A DNA stretch of 63,964 bases, filler included, from Intoshia linei (lineage: Eukaryota > Animalia > Orthonectida): NCBI GenBank assembly GCA_001642005.1. It is 6 parts of 6 records of this genome, joined end to end, with 100 filler letters (N's around TTAATTAATTAA, not from the genome) between each part and the next. Parts side by side here need not be neighbours in the genome. Positions count along the whole stretch, not along the records: positions 13,200 to 24,925 come from LWCA01001156.1; positions 25,026 to 45,884 come from LWCA01000666.1; 4 more parts are not named here. One strand, written 5' to 3'. The position numbers were made by a program, and so were the translations under genes. Shown piece by piece: positions 24,749 through 38,670 of this stretch; position 1 is the first letter of the stretch; each line of letters begins with the position of its first letter. The notes under the pieces were generated by a model that made no database searches, was not told where the DNA came from, and was given only the letters and a program-made list of their open reading frames with translations.

Positions 24749-25608
24749 TCAAAGATATATAGGGTATTTATTCTGCAGGTGGAATGTTGGATTTTTCAAC
24801 ATTGACAAAAATTTCAATATAATAGAAACAAAGTTATACTACATTTGATTATACATGTACAGTCCGACCCCTCTTTGGGGCAAAAATGTTATAAATATAA
24901 AATATATAAGTATAATTCTTATAGTNNNNNNNNNNNNNNNNNNNNNNNNNNNNNNNNNNNNNNNNNNNNTTAATTAATTAANNNNNNNNNNNNNNNNNNN
25001 NNNNNNNNNNNNNNNNNNNNNNNNNTTCAATTTAACAAGAGATAAATTAATTGATTTCAAACTAAATTTTAACCATAATAATTGTAATTCGCACGCTACA
25101 TCATCTGATATTTTAATAGTTGAGATATATATTGATTTTGTAGATAATGATACCGTTATATATGACTCCAATAATGACTCTATTTTGCGGTAGGCGAGAC
25201 AAGTCGGTCAAGCATTTGTCAGTTGTCATTCCATATGATTTACCTCTACATTTATTAAGTCTATTCAAATTAACTTTTTCTCTATTCATTGCAATAGCTT
25301 ATATATTAAAAATAAATCCAATTTATTAAGAAACGTGTAGTATTCAAGATACAATTGGTGTTATTATATAGATAGTTTAGTTTACTACTTATTGAAAAAA
25401 GGATTAATTCACAATTAAAATGTACATTACAAATGTATACTTTTTAATAATAATTATAAAAATAGTATTTAAAATAACTTTAACTTCATATTAATTTATA
25501 TTTAAATATGCACGGGTCCCCGCCTGAGCAAATGTTAATATCATGATCTATAAATTTTTATATACCATCCTTGAGGTAAATCGGAAACATTGGCGAGCTA
25601 TACTTTTT
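24749..25608 (-). CDS. Unknown coding exons: a separate gene from ATG 25590, or an SNX14 C-terminal extension; spans a gap
   Basis: Phase-consistent exons KKYSSPMFPIYLKD / AIAMNREK...RVIIGVIYN / DDVACELQLLWLKFSLK..., and a possible last exon YNFVSIILKFLSMLKNPTFHLQNKYPIYL*. Confidence 0.5.
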
Positions 25609-25715
25609 CTATAAAAAAAAGTTGGACACCCTACTGTACACTGTACAGTACTGTACTTATAAATTGGAAACATTATTCAAGGGTTATATTATTATAAAGA
25701 ACATTCAAAAAAAAC

Positions 25716-28700
25716 CTGTTTATTCAGTAATGCATTTTCAAATAAATAAATCGCTTCTTTTAAAGTTTTTTTAACATCGTTGTAATTCACAAAGAGTCCG
25801 GTGAAACCTAATGATCAATAGATAAAATTTTTAAATAAGAAAATAATTAAAAAAGGTATGATACAATATGATATGGTATAAGACTGCAATAATACAATAA
25901 AACCTGTACAATGTATATCATTAATAATTTTTTATCCAACATTTCTTAATGTTCATAACATAATATATATATATATATAATTATCTTATTATAACCGGAA
26001 AAAACTGTAATTGAAATGTGGACTTTATAAAATTCTAAGACTGGTAGTTATTGAAATAAAATGGAACATACACAAACAAATATTGCGTAGCATATTTATA
26101 AAAACATTAAAATATAATTTGATATAAGTTGACATTTTAGTTAACAAAATATATTGCAAATAATGAACTTATGGATATTAACCTATGATAATAAAGTGTC
26201 TTTAAAATTTAAAGGTTACTCTTTCATTTAAATTTAACCACTTGAAGAATATACCCATTTTTTAGATATTTTTTTGTAACCTTCATAAATAATTTTATTG
26301 TTTATTGTTATTGTTGTTATTATTATCCCACTGATTAGTGGTCAACATAAAATAATACAAAGTACATGGCAAATCATTAATGATAGATTCTGCAATATTA
26401 TCAATTTTTTCATCTTTGTTAACAATAATATCTCTTTTTGGACTATAAAATCATATTAACGTTTTTAAAATTTAAATATTGATAATTATCATGATCATTA
26501 AAAATATAATACATTACTCTACTTTAAATTTAAATTAAATAATAATATATAAGCTCCACGACAATCACGATTATGGTGATCAGGGTCCTAACCCTTTTTG
26601 ACGAAAAGGCACATTTTACAATTTCAATAGTTCGTGGGTACTAAATTTCTATATTAGTTTTGGTCCTACACAAAATTATTGGACCATCTTGTTGTATAAT
26701 ATTATATTGAACAAAAAAAGAAGAGTTTGATTGAAAATAGATTTCTGCATTTTTCAAAACTCATAAAATCCCAAAAATAATCTTAATATATTACTGCATG
26801 CCATAAATTAATATCAAATAAAAACCGCCGTTCATTGTCGTCTGAGAATATTGCATCTAAATATTTACCATAACTTATACAAAATATCAATAACCTTGAA
26901 TTTGAATAATCCCAGAAGGTAAAGAGTTGATTAATTGCGGTTTTACATATTTTTCAATATAATATTGACCATAACACTCAATAGCACCATGAAATAACAA
27001 TTTTATTAAATTTAAGCATTTTATGCCAAATTTTGAAAATGTTGATACAAGATATACTAAAAACCAAATAAAATATATAAACTACAAACTCCTTTAAATA
27101 TATAAATATTACAAATATTTATAAAATTGTTGGTATAATTTGCATTTGGTCCACGGACAAATACATTTGTACTTGATCCCATCATTTGTACCTTTTTCTT
27201 TAAAATTTTACTTGAAGCCATATTGTTTTTGTATAGTGTAGTTTTCAACTATAAATATAATTTAAAATATACAAAATATAAAATAAATAAAAAAATGGAA
27301 AGTACAATTTCATCAAATTTTTTTTCAGATTCATCAAAAGATGTTATGCATTTTCTAAACGTACAATTTGGTAACTGAATCAAACAAATTAATATTTAAA
27401 ATACTTTTCATCTCCAATAATTTTAACATATTTCCGATAAGAATATAACAACGATGTAACATAATCTTGTTTCTGTAATATAAAATTAAATGAAATAAAA
27501 TAATAAATTTTAATTGCGCTAAATTAGCAAACAGGTAATATTTTAATCGTTGCTAATGAGTTATCGATAAGAATTTAAATATTTAATTGCGCCAAAAATA
27601 TCACAGGTAATATTTTAATCGTTGCTAAACAGTTATCGATAAGAATTGAAACATTTAATTACGCCAAATTAATCACAGGTAATATATATGTATTATCGAC
27701 AATTAATAATATTTAAATAAATACATTTTAAAATGTATTGTACAAACTTTCAAAATAACTACAATTAAAGTAATACAAGGGCCTAATAATTTAAATAAGG
27801 TATTTAATCGTTTATTTAATGTTAATTTAGAGTTATTAATTTATATTACCCTAAATGACAATTTATTATTCAAATTTCGTATTTCTAAATTTGAGTAATT
27901 ATAAACAAAAATAATAAAACTATTCATCAAATTTCCATTTTCATTGAAATACATTTTATCATTTGACAAGAATAGATGCAAAATTTTACTGTTTTCAAAC
28001 ATTGGTACTATAGTCTAAAATATAAGTTAATTAAATCACCGTCACAGAATAGATAAAATATCACAGAAAGGCAAATATTATTAACAAATTAAGTTGTATT
28101 AATTTTTTTAAATTTTTTACAGGCCAATATCGCTTAAACAGGTGCTCCGCGAATTAATATAATTAGAAAATACTTTAATAAATGTGAATGCAATAATACA
28201 GTAAATTTACATGTAATATATAAAAAATAATACCATTAAAAATTTTTTCAATTCTCCAATTTTTTCCGTCAAATAGATAAGTTCATCTTTAAACATCATT
28301 GATTTTTTCTTGATTAATTTTGATACGTTTTTACCATATAAGATATCCAACATTTTGCACAAAGTATAAAACTCCCCCAAGTGTCTAAAATATTTTTAAT
28401 CTAATAAAAATGTGAATTGTTTATACCGATTAATATAGGATACTGCATTTTTATCTATAAAAATATATTTTTACAAAATATACATTAGTATATAAATTAT
28501 ATATTTTAACATATACCTTTGGTAATTCTAATAATGTAGACATAGTTAAAAGCTGCATAGTTTATGTTTTCTACAACATTTTTGGTTGATTTAATGTGAT
28601 ATATGGTTGCAATCCAATTCGAAATATCAATATTATCCTAATTATAAAATTATTAGAGACTGAAATAGCGAATTAAATTTGAATACAGAAAATTCTTTAC

Positions 28701-31700
28701 TATTTAATTATAACAGTAGTGTCCAACCGGTGACCCGCGACGATATTTTTGTGACTCCAGGAAATTTTTATCTTTTTAACATAATATATGCTTTAATACG
28801 GGGTTCCTACACTTTTTTACCTCGTACAGGTAATTTACTATAAAAGTTCCCGCGAACCACTAAAACGAAATTACTAGGAAAATTTTAATTATTAGATAAA
28901 TGAAATTCAAATTATTTACTACTGATGAGATGAATATTGACTCGGCTTTATCAGTTAACCTTGATGGTACATTATGTATGATCCATCCAGGATGGGCCAT
29001 CCTTCTTTTTAAAATTTTGGGAAGGATTACAAATGACCAATTCTTAAAAGGTTCGCCATTATTAGAATAATCAAAAATTAAAAAAAGTATATTTTTGAAT
29101 TTTACTGAACATGATAATGTATAGTGATAATAATATTAAGGGTTGAGCGGAACTAAATTTTTGATAGTAGTAAAAAACGTTTTCACGATTTCAAAATTAT
29201 TATTCAAAATGACCCGTTACCAATACTTGGCAAATTCATCATCAAAAATTGTCAATTTTTTTAATATTGAAAAACAATTAATTGAAATTAACAAATATTC
29301 GCATATTGTTAGTGCTGCGAATTCATTTTTGTTAAATGAATGTTTTCTATCAATTCATTAGTAGAAAAATCCACTTTTACCAACCCTTTAGAGCAGGGTC
29401 GGCAACCTTTTTCATCTCGTGGGCCACTTTTTCATATCAAAAAATTATATGGCACCCGTTTCTGAAAATTTACACATAATATATTTCAATTTTAACTGAA
29501 GAGAAACAGTTCTAGTATATTTAACAAAATAAAATCCGGAACGACCTGAAAATTCACTATTAAAATGATTATAATGAGCCAATTATAGTAGTACATGTAG
29601 TTTGTTTCAAATTTGAAAAATTTAAAAATAAATAATTTACATATTTACTCAATGGGCCGCCAACATTATTCTGTGGGCTACTGATTTCCGCCCCTCTTTT
29701 AGAGAAAAATTATTTCAAAACAGATCATAATAAATGATTATAATGTAAAATTATTATATTAGTTTAAATTTTGAAAGTTTTTATCGATTTCCACCTCTAA
29801 TATCAATCCATATCAGTAACATTAAAAAAATACAAATGTATAAAAAAACATAAAAATTAACGGTTCAACAAAATTAACGGTGAAAAGCTATTAAATTTTT
29901 CAACAAAATATCATATTTAATCTTACTCCGTACAAGTCAACAATTTTGACAACAAAATCATCACTTGATGATGATCCTTCAGTTGAATCGTAATTTAAGA
30001 ATTCAAAATTGTCTAAATATAAAATTTAAAAAATAAATTATATTTAACTTGATTATTAATTAATGTTATTATTTATTTTTTATGACATACAGCAGGGTAG
30101 CCAACCTATGGCGCATTGATAATTTTCATAAATTAAAATTTAATTGTAAGTAAGATTAATTTCAGTAATCCGTGGTAGTGAAAAATAACCTGTATATTTC
30201 CCGAATCTACTGGAAAATACGTTCAACTTATATTGGTTAATCTTAATTTAACAAGATAATCTTAATCATTGATTAACCGGCATTTGGATAATCCCTATTC
30301 ACTTAATTAATTAAAGATTTATCATTTACATTTCTTGAAGAATATTCTTAAGAAAATTTGTGACTAGAATCTAGTCACTAGATTCAAAAGGGTGACATTG
30401 CACAATGTGAAATTATTACCTTCAATTGTATTATAATTTTCACACAAATTTGGACTGCTGAAATTCATTAATGATTGTGACCTTAGAAAGAAAATAAGAT
30501 TATAATTATAATTGACTAGCTTGGCTGTTTTGTACTTCGTACAAACAGCACTTATCTCTGCCAAGGGCGGACTTTTCTAATTCTACCCAAAAAATAAAAT
30601 GTTACATAGAAACACTATTCACTATTACCAATCTTTTAAAGTAATTGTTCCCAAATGTGTAAAGATAATTTTTTATTTAATTATATGACTCGTTTGATTT
30701 AAAAAAGGATAATGGGGCTTTTACCTGGAAGAGGTAAGTTTCTGAGATTGAAATTTATTTTAATTTTTCCCCGGAAAAATCTGACTTGAAATTTGTGGTT
30801 GTTAAAATTCTAGGACTCTTAATTATTAATATAAACTGCAACACAAAGACAGATATTCAATTTTATATAAGTAAGGATCAATCATTCAGATTGATATAAA
30901 AAATAAACCTTATATGCTTTGATTTATTTTTTTCAGTTTTATATCCAAATTTGTTTGACAAGTACTATAAATGTGTATTGATTTTTAATTATTAATTATA
31001 TCAACTGATTAGGGATAATATTTTAATGTTAAAATAAAATTTTTTCTGAAATGGAAAATAATAATACAGTGTAATTATACTTGTTTCAAGTAAAGTATCT
31101 TTAAATATAAATATATACATATGATTACACTGTTTGAATTTAGGAAATTTCCTAGAAAGTAATGGTTCAATAGCAATATTACTCTTGACTTGATGCTAAT
31201 AACATATTAAAAAAATATTTTGTCATCATATTATGGAAAACTCTAATCTACATCTAAATTGAATCAATGATACATTTATACTACTGCGTCTACTTCTACT
31301 ACAGCCTGGCAGCGACGGTCTATCCTTACTAGTTGTGATTATAACTTTCTGGAATTTATATTTCAAAAAAAATACGGTAAACTCGTTATTTTAAAAAGTT
31401 ATTGTAATACTTATTTGTAATTTTGATGGGAAATATAAAACATTAAATAGATCATAAGTATCAATGTACACAAATGTTTCCAATTGATTCAAATTAATTA
31501 ATTACTCCTTAAAGCAATTTGATAATAATTTATTATCAAAAAATGGATCATCGTTGCAGTCTAAAATTAAAAGATTACTAAAAATACATGCTTTAAATGT
31601 TAAATATGAATGTATAGGTTTATCAGTTTTCTAAATAAATGGTTACCATCAGATCACACACATTATTAGGAACTTTTACTGTATATAATTATTGTCGCAT

Positions 31701-34700
31701 ACCAAGATGTTACGCAGAGAGAAATCAATTTGGAAATAAACAACTTTAATTTGGAAAATTCGTTGTTTTGAATAAAATGTCTCTCTCCTACTCCTTATCT
31801 CCCTCTCAACCATTTCTGTTGTCAGAATCTGTTTGTCTATCCATGTCCTTCAATATGTTTAATTATGTACCATCCGGACCAGATGGAAAATATACATGAC
31901 GGTATTTTTAATTATGATTTAAAGTTTAAGTTAATTAATTAATAAGTTTCTCATGATCTAGAAATGACAGGTCGATTATATATGATAACTAGGTTGACTA
32001 TAATGTACTATGTACCAACAGCACCTAGCACTGCCGAGGGCACATTTTTATTATACCAAAAAAATAAATTAAAATCTAAAATCTTGTTGAAAATCTAACT
32101 TAAAAATCATACTATGGACTATTATCAATCCTTAAAAGAGTGGTTGCCAAACTTATTTCAGGTGGAACCGTCATATCACATTACTTTTTACTTTTAAGTT
32201 AATTATTTCATCTTAATTTGGTTTTGTTAACATTTGTGTAAAGAATTTTAAAAACAATTGTTATCCCATTTTTTTAATTTATTACACAGAATCCTTACTT
32301 ATTATTATTTATTAGCATATTATATGCTACGTGATTTTTGTTTGTGTGTGTGTTCCAATTTATTTAAATAACTACCCGTCTTAGAATTTTATAAAGTCCA
32401 CATTACAATTACAGTTTTTTCCGGGGATGTTCGCAAAATAAATTTCAACCTCCCAAACTCACATCTTACGGGTTAAAAACCCCAATTGTCCTTTTTTTGA
32501 AAATCAAACGAGTTGGAGAATTTAAAAAAATATTTACGCTGATACGAATTTTAAAATCATCAGCATTAGACAAATTTAAATTTAAAAAAATTATATTTTC
32601 AGGGCCAAAACACCAAATAACCCTTATTTTCTTAATGAAAACAGCCCTAGAATTTAAAAAATTTCAATCCGAATAAGTGATGACTTGACGGTCAAAAAAG
32701 CATTTTAGTATTCATATATTTTTTTTCCGAAATATTTTATTAAAACTAAAAATGTGAAATAATTAAGGGTCCAAAAATCAAAAAAAAGATATTATGATAG
32801 AGCTTATTCCAGTTGATATAAATACAAAAATTCAACCCGTGAAATCTACGCATTCCCGATGAAAAATAATTTTTAATATATTATCAACCAATATTTTTCA
32901 AATATTTCGAATTAAAATAAAAATGAAACGTAAATATTGATCCTAGAATTTGAAAAAAAATGTGCATTGAACAACATTTCCACTAAAGAAATATGGGTGA
33001 AAATTTATATAATTCATTGCTACGCAATTTTTCTTGCAAAGATTTAAAAGAAAATTTACAGACTATTGAGTGATAATATCAAATGTTATGTAAACGTGAT
33101 CAAATAAATAAATATTTTAGTTATATATTGTCATAAATTGTCACACAATAGAAACATCATGTTTTAAACATGTGATATGTAACATCTTAGTATACGAAAA
33201 GTATTAATTAAGGATTAAAATTAAAAACAATTATTATTAATTACAATTTTGCAAACACAAATTTACAGAGTCGGGCAAATTGAGAGAACTAATTTCATTA
33301 GCATATTTTCTAATTAATTTGTTGTATTTTTCTTTATCGAATGGTGCATTGATTTTGTTATTTTTCATGTATTTATCTATTAATTTAAATTTTAATTAAA
33401 TCAAAATGATTAAATTAAGTAAATCCGTAATTTTACGCACCAAAGTACAAAACCAAATTAAAAAATTCAATTTAATAAATCAAATTTAATCAACCAGACC
33501 AGTTAGATAAATCCGTACTCAATTAATTTTGATTTTTTTTACAATGTAAATGTTATAATATTCTGGGTGGATTCGAGTCTCATAACTTTGTAACTTTATA
33601 TAAATTAAATAGTTTTTAATTTAGCGATTCAGTTCAACCTTGACAACAAATTGTAACCATCATGTCTAATTTTCACGCAATTTACTGGTACATGTATGTA
33701 TTGTTTAAATTTAAAAAATTACTAATTTCTAACAATAGATTAACAAAATTGACAGATCCTTCAGAACGCATATAAGATTTAAACGATAACAGTAACATGG
33801 TATCTTCAAATATGGGTGCAATGTCTATCTATAAAAATACAAAAGTCATGTATGAAATGAATAATTATATACACTATTTTTACTGTTGCGTATAAAATTT
33901 GATAGAAATTTAGTATGACATACTGATATATTTGGTGATTTTTCATCCTAAATGAATGTAAAATGTACTTTGTACAAATAATGCAGTAAAATAAAAATAC
34001 CCATGTATCATATAGGGAAAACATAAATACAAATATATTTTTCTAAAATAATTAACATTAATAAACTAATTAGATGCAATAAATAAATGTGATACCGGTT
34101 TAGCAAGTTCGTCCATTGCTTGAAGTAAAATTCCTTTCGACAGCAAATCTCGCAAAAAAATAATAGTTAATCTAAATAATTTAAAATAATTTAAAAAATA
34201 TAATAAAATTTACTCGCAATTAATAATTTCATATTGAGTACAATGATTAATTAAAATCAATGCAACTTTTCTAAGGTATTCCAATTCTTCATTTCGACTT
34301 CTAATGGCTTGATGAGGGTTTTTAAGTTTAAATAAATTATCCTGTTTTATAGAGTCCTCTTTATCTATTAATTACACATTTTACAACAAAATGATTTTCA
34401 TAAACTTGATGGAAATACGGACCACGTAAACCCTGATAGTTGAAATCGGGATATTGAAAAAATTAAGATTGATCCACTTTAAAAATAGGTGAGTATGATC
34501 CTAATGTGTATGTATTTTCTATATTTTTCGCTTAACCCAAAGTTTGCGGCATGGAGCTTACTTAGAGTGAATCAATGATTTTGAGCGTTTTTATGCATCA
34601 CTTGTACACAAAAATGAAATGTACACTTAAAAGATAATACGGCATTAGATAATCATAGTCAGCCTTTTTTAGTTGAAAAGGTTTGCCACAATCAATTTTA

Positions 34701-37136
34701 ATGTATAACAAATTACCACATTTGTAGTGAGACACATGTAATATTAAAACTTTGACGCATTCGTTGATGATTGTAGATAAATTCACCTGTTTAATTAAAA
34801 TAAAACAATACAAGTTTGTTATATAAGGACCGATTCTCAACCACTGATTTTTGTCCCATAGATCGACTCAAAAAATGACACAATTAGAGATTTTTAATTG
34901 ACATATTAATAAAAAAAAAATCGTCTATTAGTCTAATAAGACTATTAGATTATTACATACATATATACTATTATAATTATAAATTACACTTTGTATTCTA
35001 GCGACTAAATTACGCAAAAAATATGACATTGTCCATCTCAGTTCATTCATAGAATCATTGTCCAATTTATTGAAATCTCTTAAGAGGTACATTATCATAA
35101 AAGAAAATAACTTACGAAAAATTTTAAAAACTTCAGAAAGAAAAGAAAATTTTTTTTTTTTTAATTGTCGACCGTTAATTATTTCACATTTTTTGTTTTA
35201 CGTTTTGTTAATAAAACATTTCGGAAAAAAAATATATGAATACTAAAATGCTTTTTTGACCGTGAAGGCGTAACTTATTCAGATTGAAGTTTTTTGTGTG
35301 TGTTAACAGGATACAACTATACCACCTGTAAATTTTTTAAATTCTAGGGCTGTTTTCATTAAAAAAAAGGGTAATTTGGGTTTTGGTCCTGAAGATATAT
35401 TGTTTTTAAATTTAAATTTGCGATAATATTTATGATTTTAAAATCCATATTTTTTAAATTCTCGAATTCGTTTGATTTTTAAAAAAACAAACAATTGGGC
35501 TTTTTAACCCGTAAGATTTAAGTTTGAGAGGTTGAATTTTATTTTGCTAACACCCCGGAAAAAAACTGTAACCGAAATATGGATTTTATAAAATTTTAAG
35601 ACTGGTAGTTATTGAAATAAACGGTAACATACACACAAACAAATATTGCATAGATTATTATATAAGTAAGGACTACGGTAGTACATTTATTAACATTAAT
35701 TTTTAAAATACCTGTACCAATCCAGATATTCACTCAGTACCTTTTCCAATAACTAAATACTATTAATACATTTATTGTACAGTGTACACAATCATTAACA
35801 TACATGTATGTATCAATAAACGCACAACTCATTCACATATCAAAAAAATGAAATAATTGCCATTTTTTAATTAATTAATTAGTTTAGTGACAAAATAACC
35901 TCAACAATAACTTGATTAATCTTGATTGGAACAGTGATAGGTTTAATTTTAAATTTTATCCGTTCTTTAAATTTATGGCTAAATTAACAGTCAAATCTAC
36001 CAGTATACATTTAACACTACTTAAAATGTATAAATTAACCTGTGTTTGCAAACAATTTGAGTACTCTCTGTATTGTTTTTGTGATTCAAAAAAAAATTAT
36101 CAGATAATTTTATCGATCTCTCACAAAAACTGCATGAATTGATAAAATTATTTTCATTTTTCTAATTAGATATTATAATAATAAACAAAGTAATTAATAA
36201 CCTTGTAAAACAAAGTATTTATTGAGCATAAAATATTTCTAAATATATAAATTCAATTAATAATTAATTGTTGTGTACGTGTTAAGATATTTTGCCACAA
36301 TATTGCCCAATAGAAACATGAAACAGCATATAATTGTCGATTTGACACCGAAACTAGATTAAATTTAAAAATTTCGTGCACAGACCACACTGCACATTTA
36401 ATTTTATCGCGGACCGCACCAAGAAAAATTCTTCCATTTAACTTGGTTCCTTATTTGAAAATTTTTTTAAATCAATATTACAAATTCGTATACCTATTTT
36501 CACTAATTTAAAAATATTTTAAGGTTAATTGTCAATACATTTACACCTTAAATGTATTTGAATGCAGTAAATTTTCATATTTCGCATTTTTTATATTATT
36601 AACATAATTCACTGATACTTATGAGTGATTTTGCTTTTTTCTGATAATTGAATACAATCTGGTTTAATGCTACTTGTTGCATAAATTAAATTTAAATTAT
36701 TCTAAACTTTTAATTTCACTCGAGGGCCGCAAAAATTTATAAGAGGGCCACACTTTGCCTATATATGATGTAGTCCATATTATTCAATATAAATATTCAT
36801 TATCGACGTTTATTGTGATATTAATTACATTAGTATTATGTATTGGTAAAACTACAATTGAAATTGAAAATTTCATTAATAAAAATAGTTTAAAATGTAA
36901 TAATGCTAATATTTTTTTACTCGACAATTATGTGTATTATGGTGAAAAAATTGGAAAAATAGTTTAAAAAAATATATTACTTTTACTATTTTTACTAAAA
37001 GTAAAAATATTTACTGTTACATGTTGTATACAGAAAACTACATAATATGTACTAATTTATATTGCTATATATTTTAATAATAATATTAATAATACCTTAA
37101 GAATAATGCAAATATAATTAAAATACACTTTCTCAT
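25716..37136 (-). CDS. SNX14: Sorting nexin-14-like protein (TM-PXA-RGS-PX-PXC), many small exons
   Basis: Hydrophobic N-terminus MRKCILIIFALFLSFGVKSTIICCFMFLLG; PXA motifs LLEKVLSEYLDWYRDF..NELRWTM, HQAIRSRNEELEYLRKV, FLRDLLSKGILLQAMDELAKP; C-terminal ...ENALLNKQ (cf. QPVLNKQ). Not all internal exons were resolved. Confidence 0.85.
27509..27685. repeat. 72-73 bp tandem repeat (about 2.4 units) in an SNX14 intron
   Basis: Unit starts at 27509, 27582 and 27654 (tttaatt(g/a)cgc...caggtaatat...gttatcgataagaatt). Confidence 0.9.
29394..29696. mobile_element. Charlie-type hAT MITE
   Basis: CAGGGTCGGCAACC...CCGCCCCTC, flanked by near-identical 8-mers ctttagag / ttttagag. Confidence 0.6.
30516..30878 (-). 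mobile_element. Short, internally deleted Helitron copy with both ends
   Basis: ctagcttggctgttttgtacttcgtacaaacagc ... tatataagtaagga. Confidence 0.75.
31989..33030. mobile_element. Two opposed Helitron copies: 31989-32291 on the minus strand, cut by a plus-strand copy starting at 32292
   Basis: The minus copy breaks at acacagaA|TCCTTACTT, the 5' end of the second copy. Confidence 0.75.
35150..35672 (-). mobile_element. Helitron copy in an SNX14 intron
   Basis: Family core sequence plus tatataagtaagga end. Confidence 0.75.
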
Positions 37137-37601
37137 ATTCTGTAAATCTTTTAATAATATTTCTTAAGTATCATTAAAATTTGCTACAATATATAATTTA
37201 CCAACTTTTATGTTGAGTAAATCAAATTATAATTTCCAGATATAGTCAACATAGTAATTGACAGACAGACAAATCAACTTTACTGTGATATATATTATTT
37301 TGGATAATTTAGTATATTATGGGTTGGTCAGGTTATAAAATATATGTAGATTAATTTTTGTTATTCAAAACACTTAAAACTTATTTGAAATGGGCAAGTG
37401 ATCATCTACGTACAACTACGTATGTAATACAATTTTGTAGACAAATTTGTACTCATCTACGCCCTATGTATGTATCATGCTACATATTCTGTAAAATATA
37501 AGTATTATAAGAATTGCACTTCTTTTTTAATTGACTTTTTTACCGTCAATTTAATGTTGGAAAGTGTGAACCTGGATAATTGTTTTTAACCTCCTGTATT
37601 A

Positions 37602-37870
37602 TCCTTACTTATATACAATGTTTTGTTTGTCTGTGTGTGTTATCGTTTATTTAAATAATTACGAGTCTTAGAATTCTATAAAGTTCATTTTCTATTACAG
37701 TTTTTTCCAGATGAAGGTAAGATAAATTTCAACCTCCGAAACTCACATCTTACGGGTCATAAACCCCAATTAATCTTTTTTTTGATATATAATATATAAA
37801 AAAATATTAGTGAAAGTCTATATAATTCCTTCCTTCGGATTTTTTTTCATTGCTACGCAATTTTTCATTT
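37602..37870 (+). mobile_element. Helitron 5' fragment
   Basis: A|TCCTTACTTATATACAATG...tgtctgtgtgtg. Confidence 0.7.
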
Positions 37871-38169
37871 TCAAAAAATTTAACGAAATTACAGCAACTA
37901 AAAGTACAACTTGTTATTATCAATTTTGTATTTATTACAATGATTTGTAATGTTGGTAAAATTCATTCGAAATATGTTTTTAAACTGCTGTTTCCGTTAA
38001 TTATTGATACAAAATTAATATTTTTTACTCATCGAAAGAAAATATTGAATATACAGGTTTATTTGCAATTTTATTTTTTATGGACTTTAAGCTATTTTGA
38101 CAATTTTTAGGATTTACTATTTTGGCTTTATTTTAAGCAAGGCAAAGACAACACGCCGATTTATCAGGG

Positions 38170-38670
38170 TAAATCGTATAAAAACATTAAAAGATTGGCC
38201 CGTGCAAAGCCCAAATGTAAATATTATTGAACATATGTGGAAAATTTTTAAAGATAAAGTTTATAAGCTACATCCAACCAATTTAGAAGAACTGTGGATA
38301 TTTATACAGGACGAATGGAACCGCGTACCTCTAGAAACTATTCAAGGTTTGTATGCCTCATTGCCCAGAAGAATTGCATCAGTTATACAAAATAATGGAT
38401 GAAATACTAAATATTAGTAATTATATATATATTTATCTAATATTTTCATTTAATTAACATAATTAATTAATTAATTAAATTTTGCAATTTTAATTAAAAA
38501 TACCTATATTTCATTAATTATTAAATTTTTTTTATATTTACTTTTTTAGGGTTTTTAAATATTTATTCTTGATCATACACTAGATATGATATAGTAAAAT
38601 TTCTTAAATCATGAACCAGGAATGTTTAAATTAATTACAATGGGGTGCCTAAAACTTATGTCGCGCACTG
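38170..38670 (+). mobile_element. Tc1 transposon 3' remnant (transposase C-terminus plus TIR)
   Basis: DWPVQSPNVNIIEHMW...LYASLPRRIASVIQNNG*NTKY*. Terminus GGGGTGCCTAAAACTTATGTCGCGCACTG at 38642-38670. Confidence 0.85.

Noticed and set aside
24749-25808. MRPL10 or dCMP deaminase identity for the minus-strand exons
   Set aside because: The resemblance was superficial. The FENALLNKQ exon belongs to SNX14 and no deaminase zinc motifs are visible.
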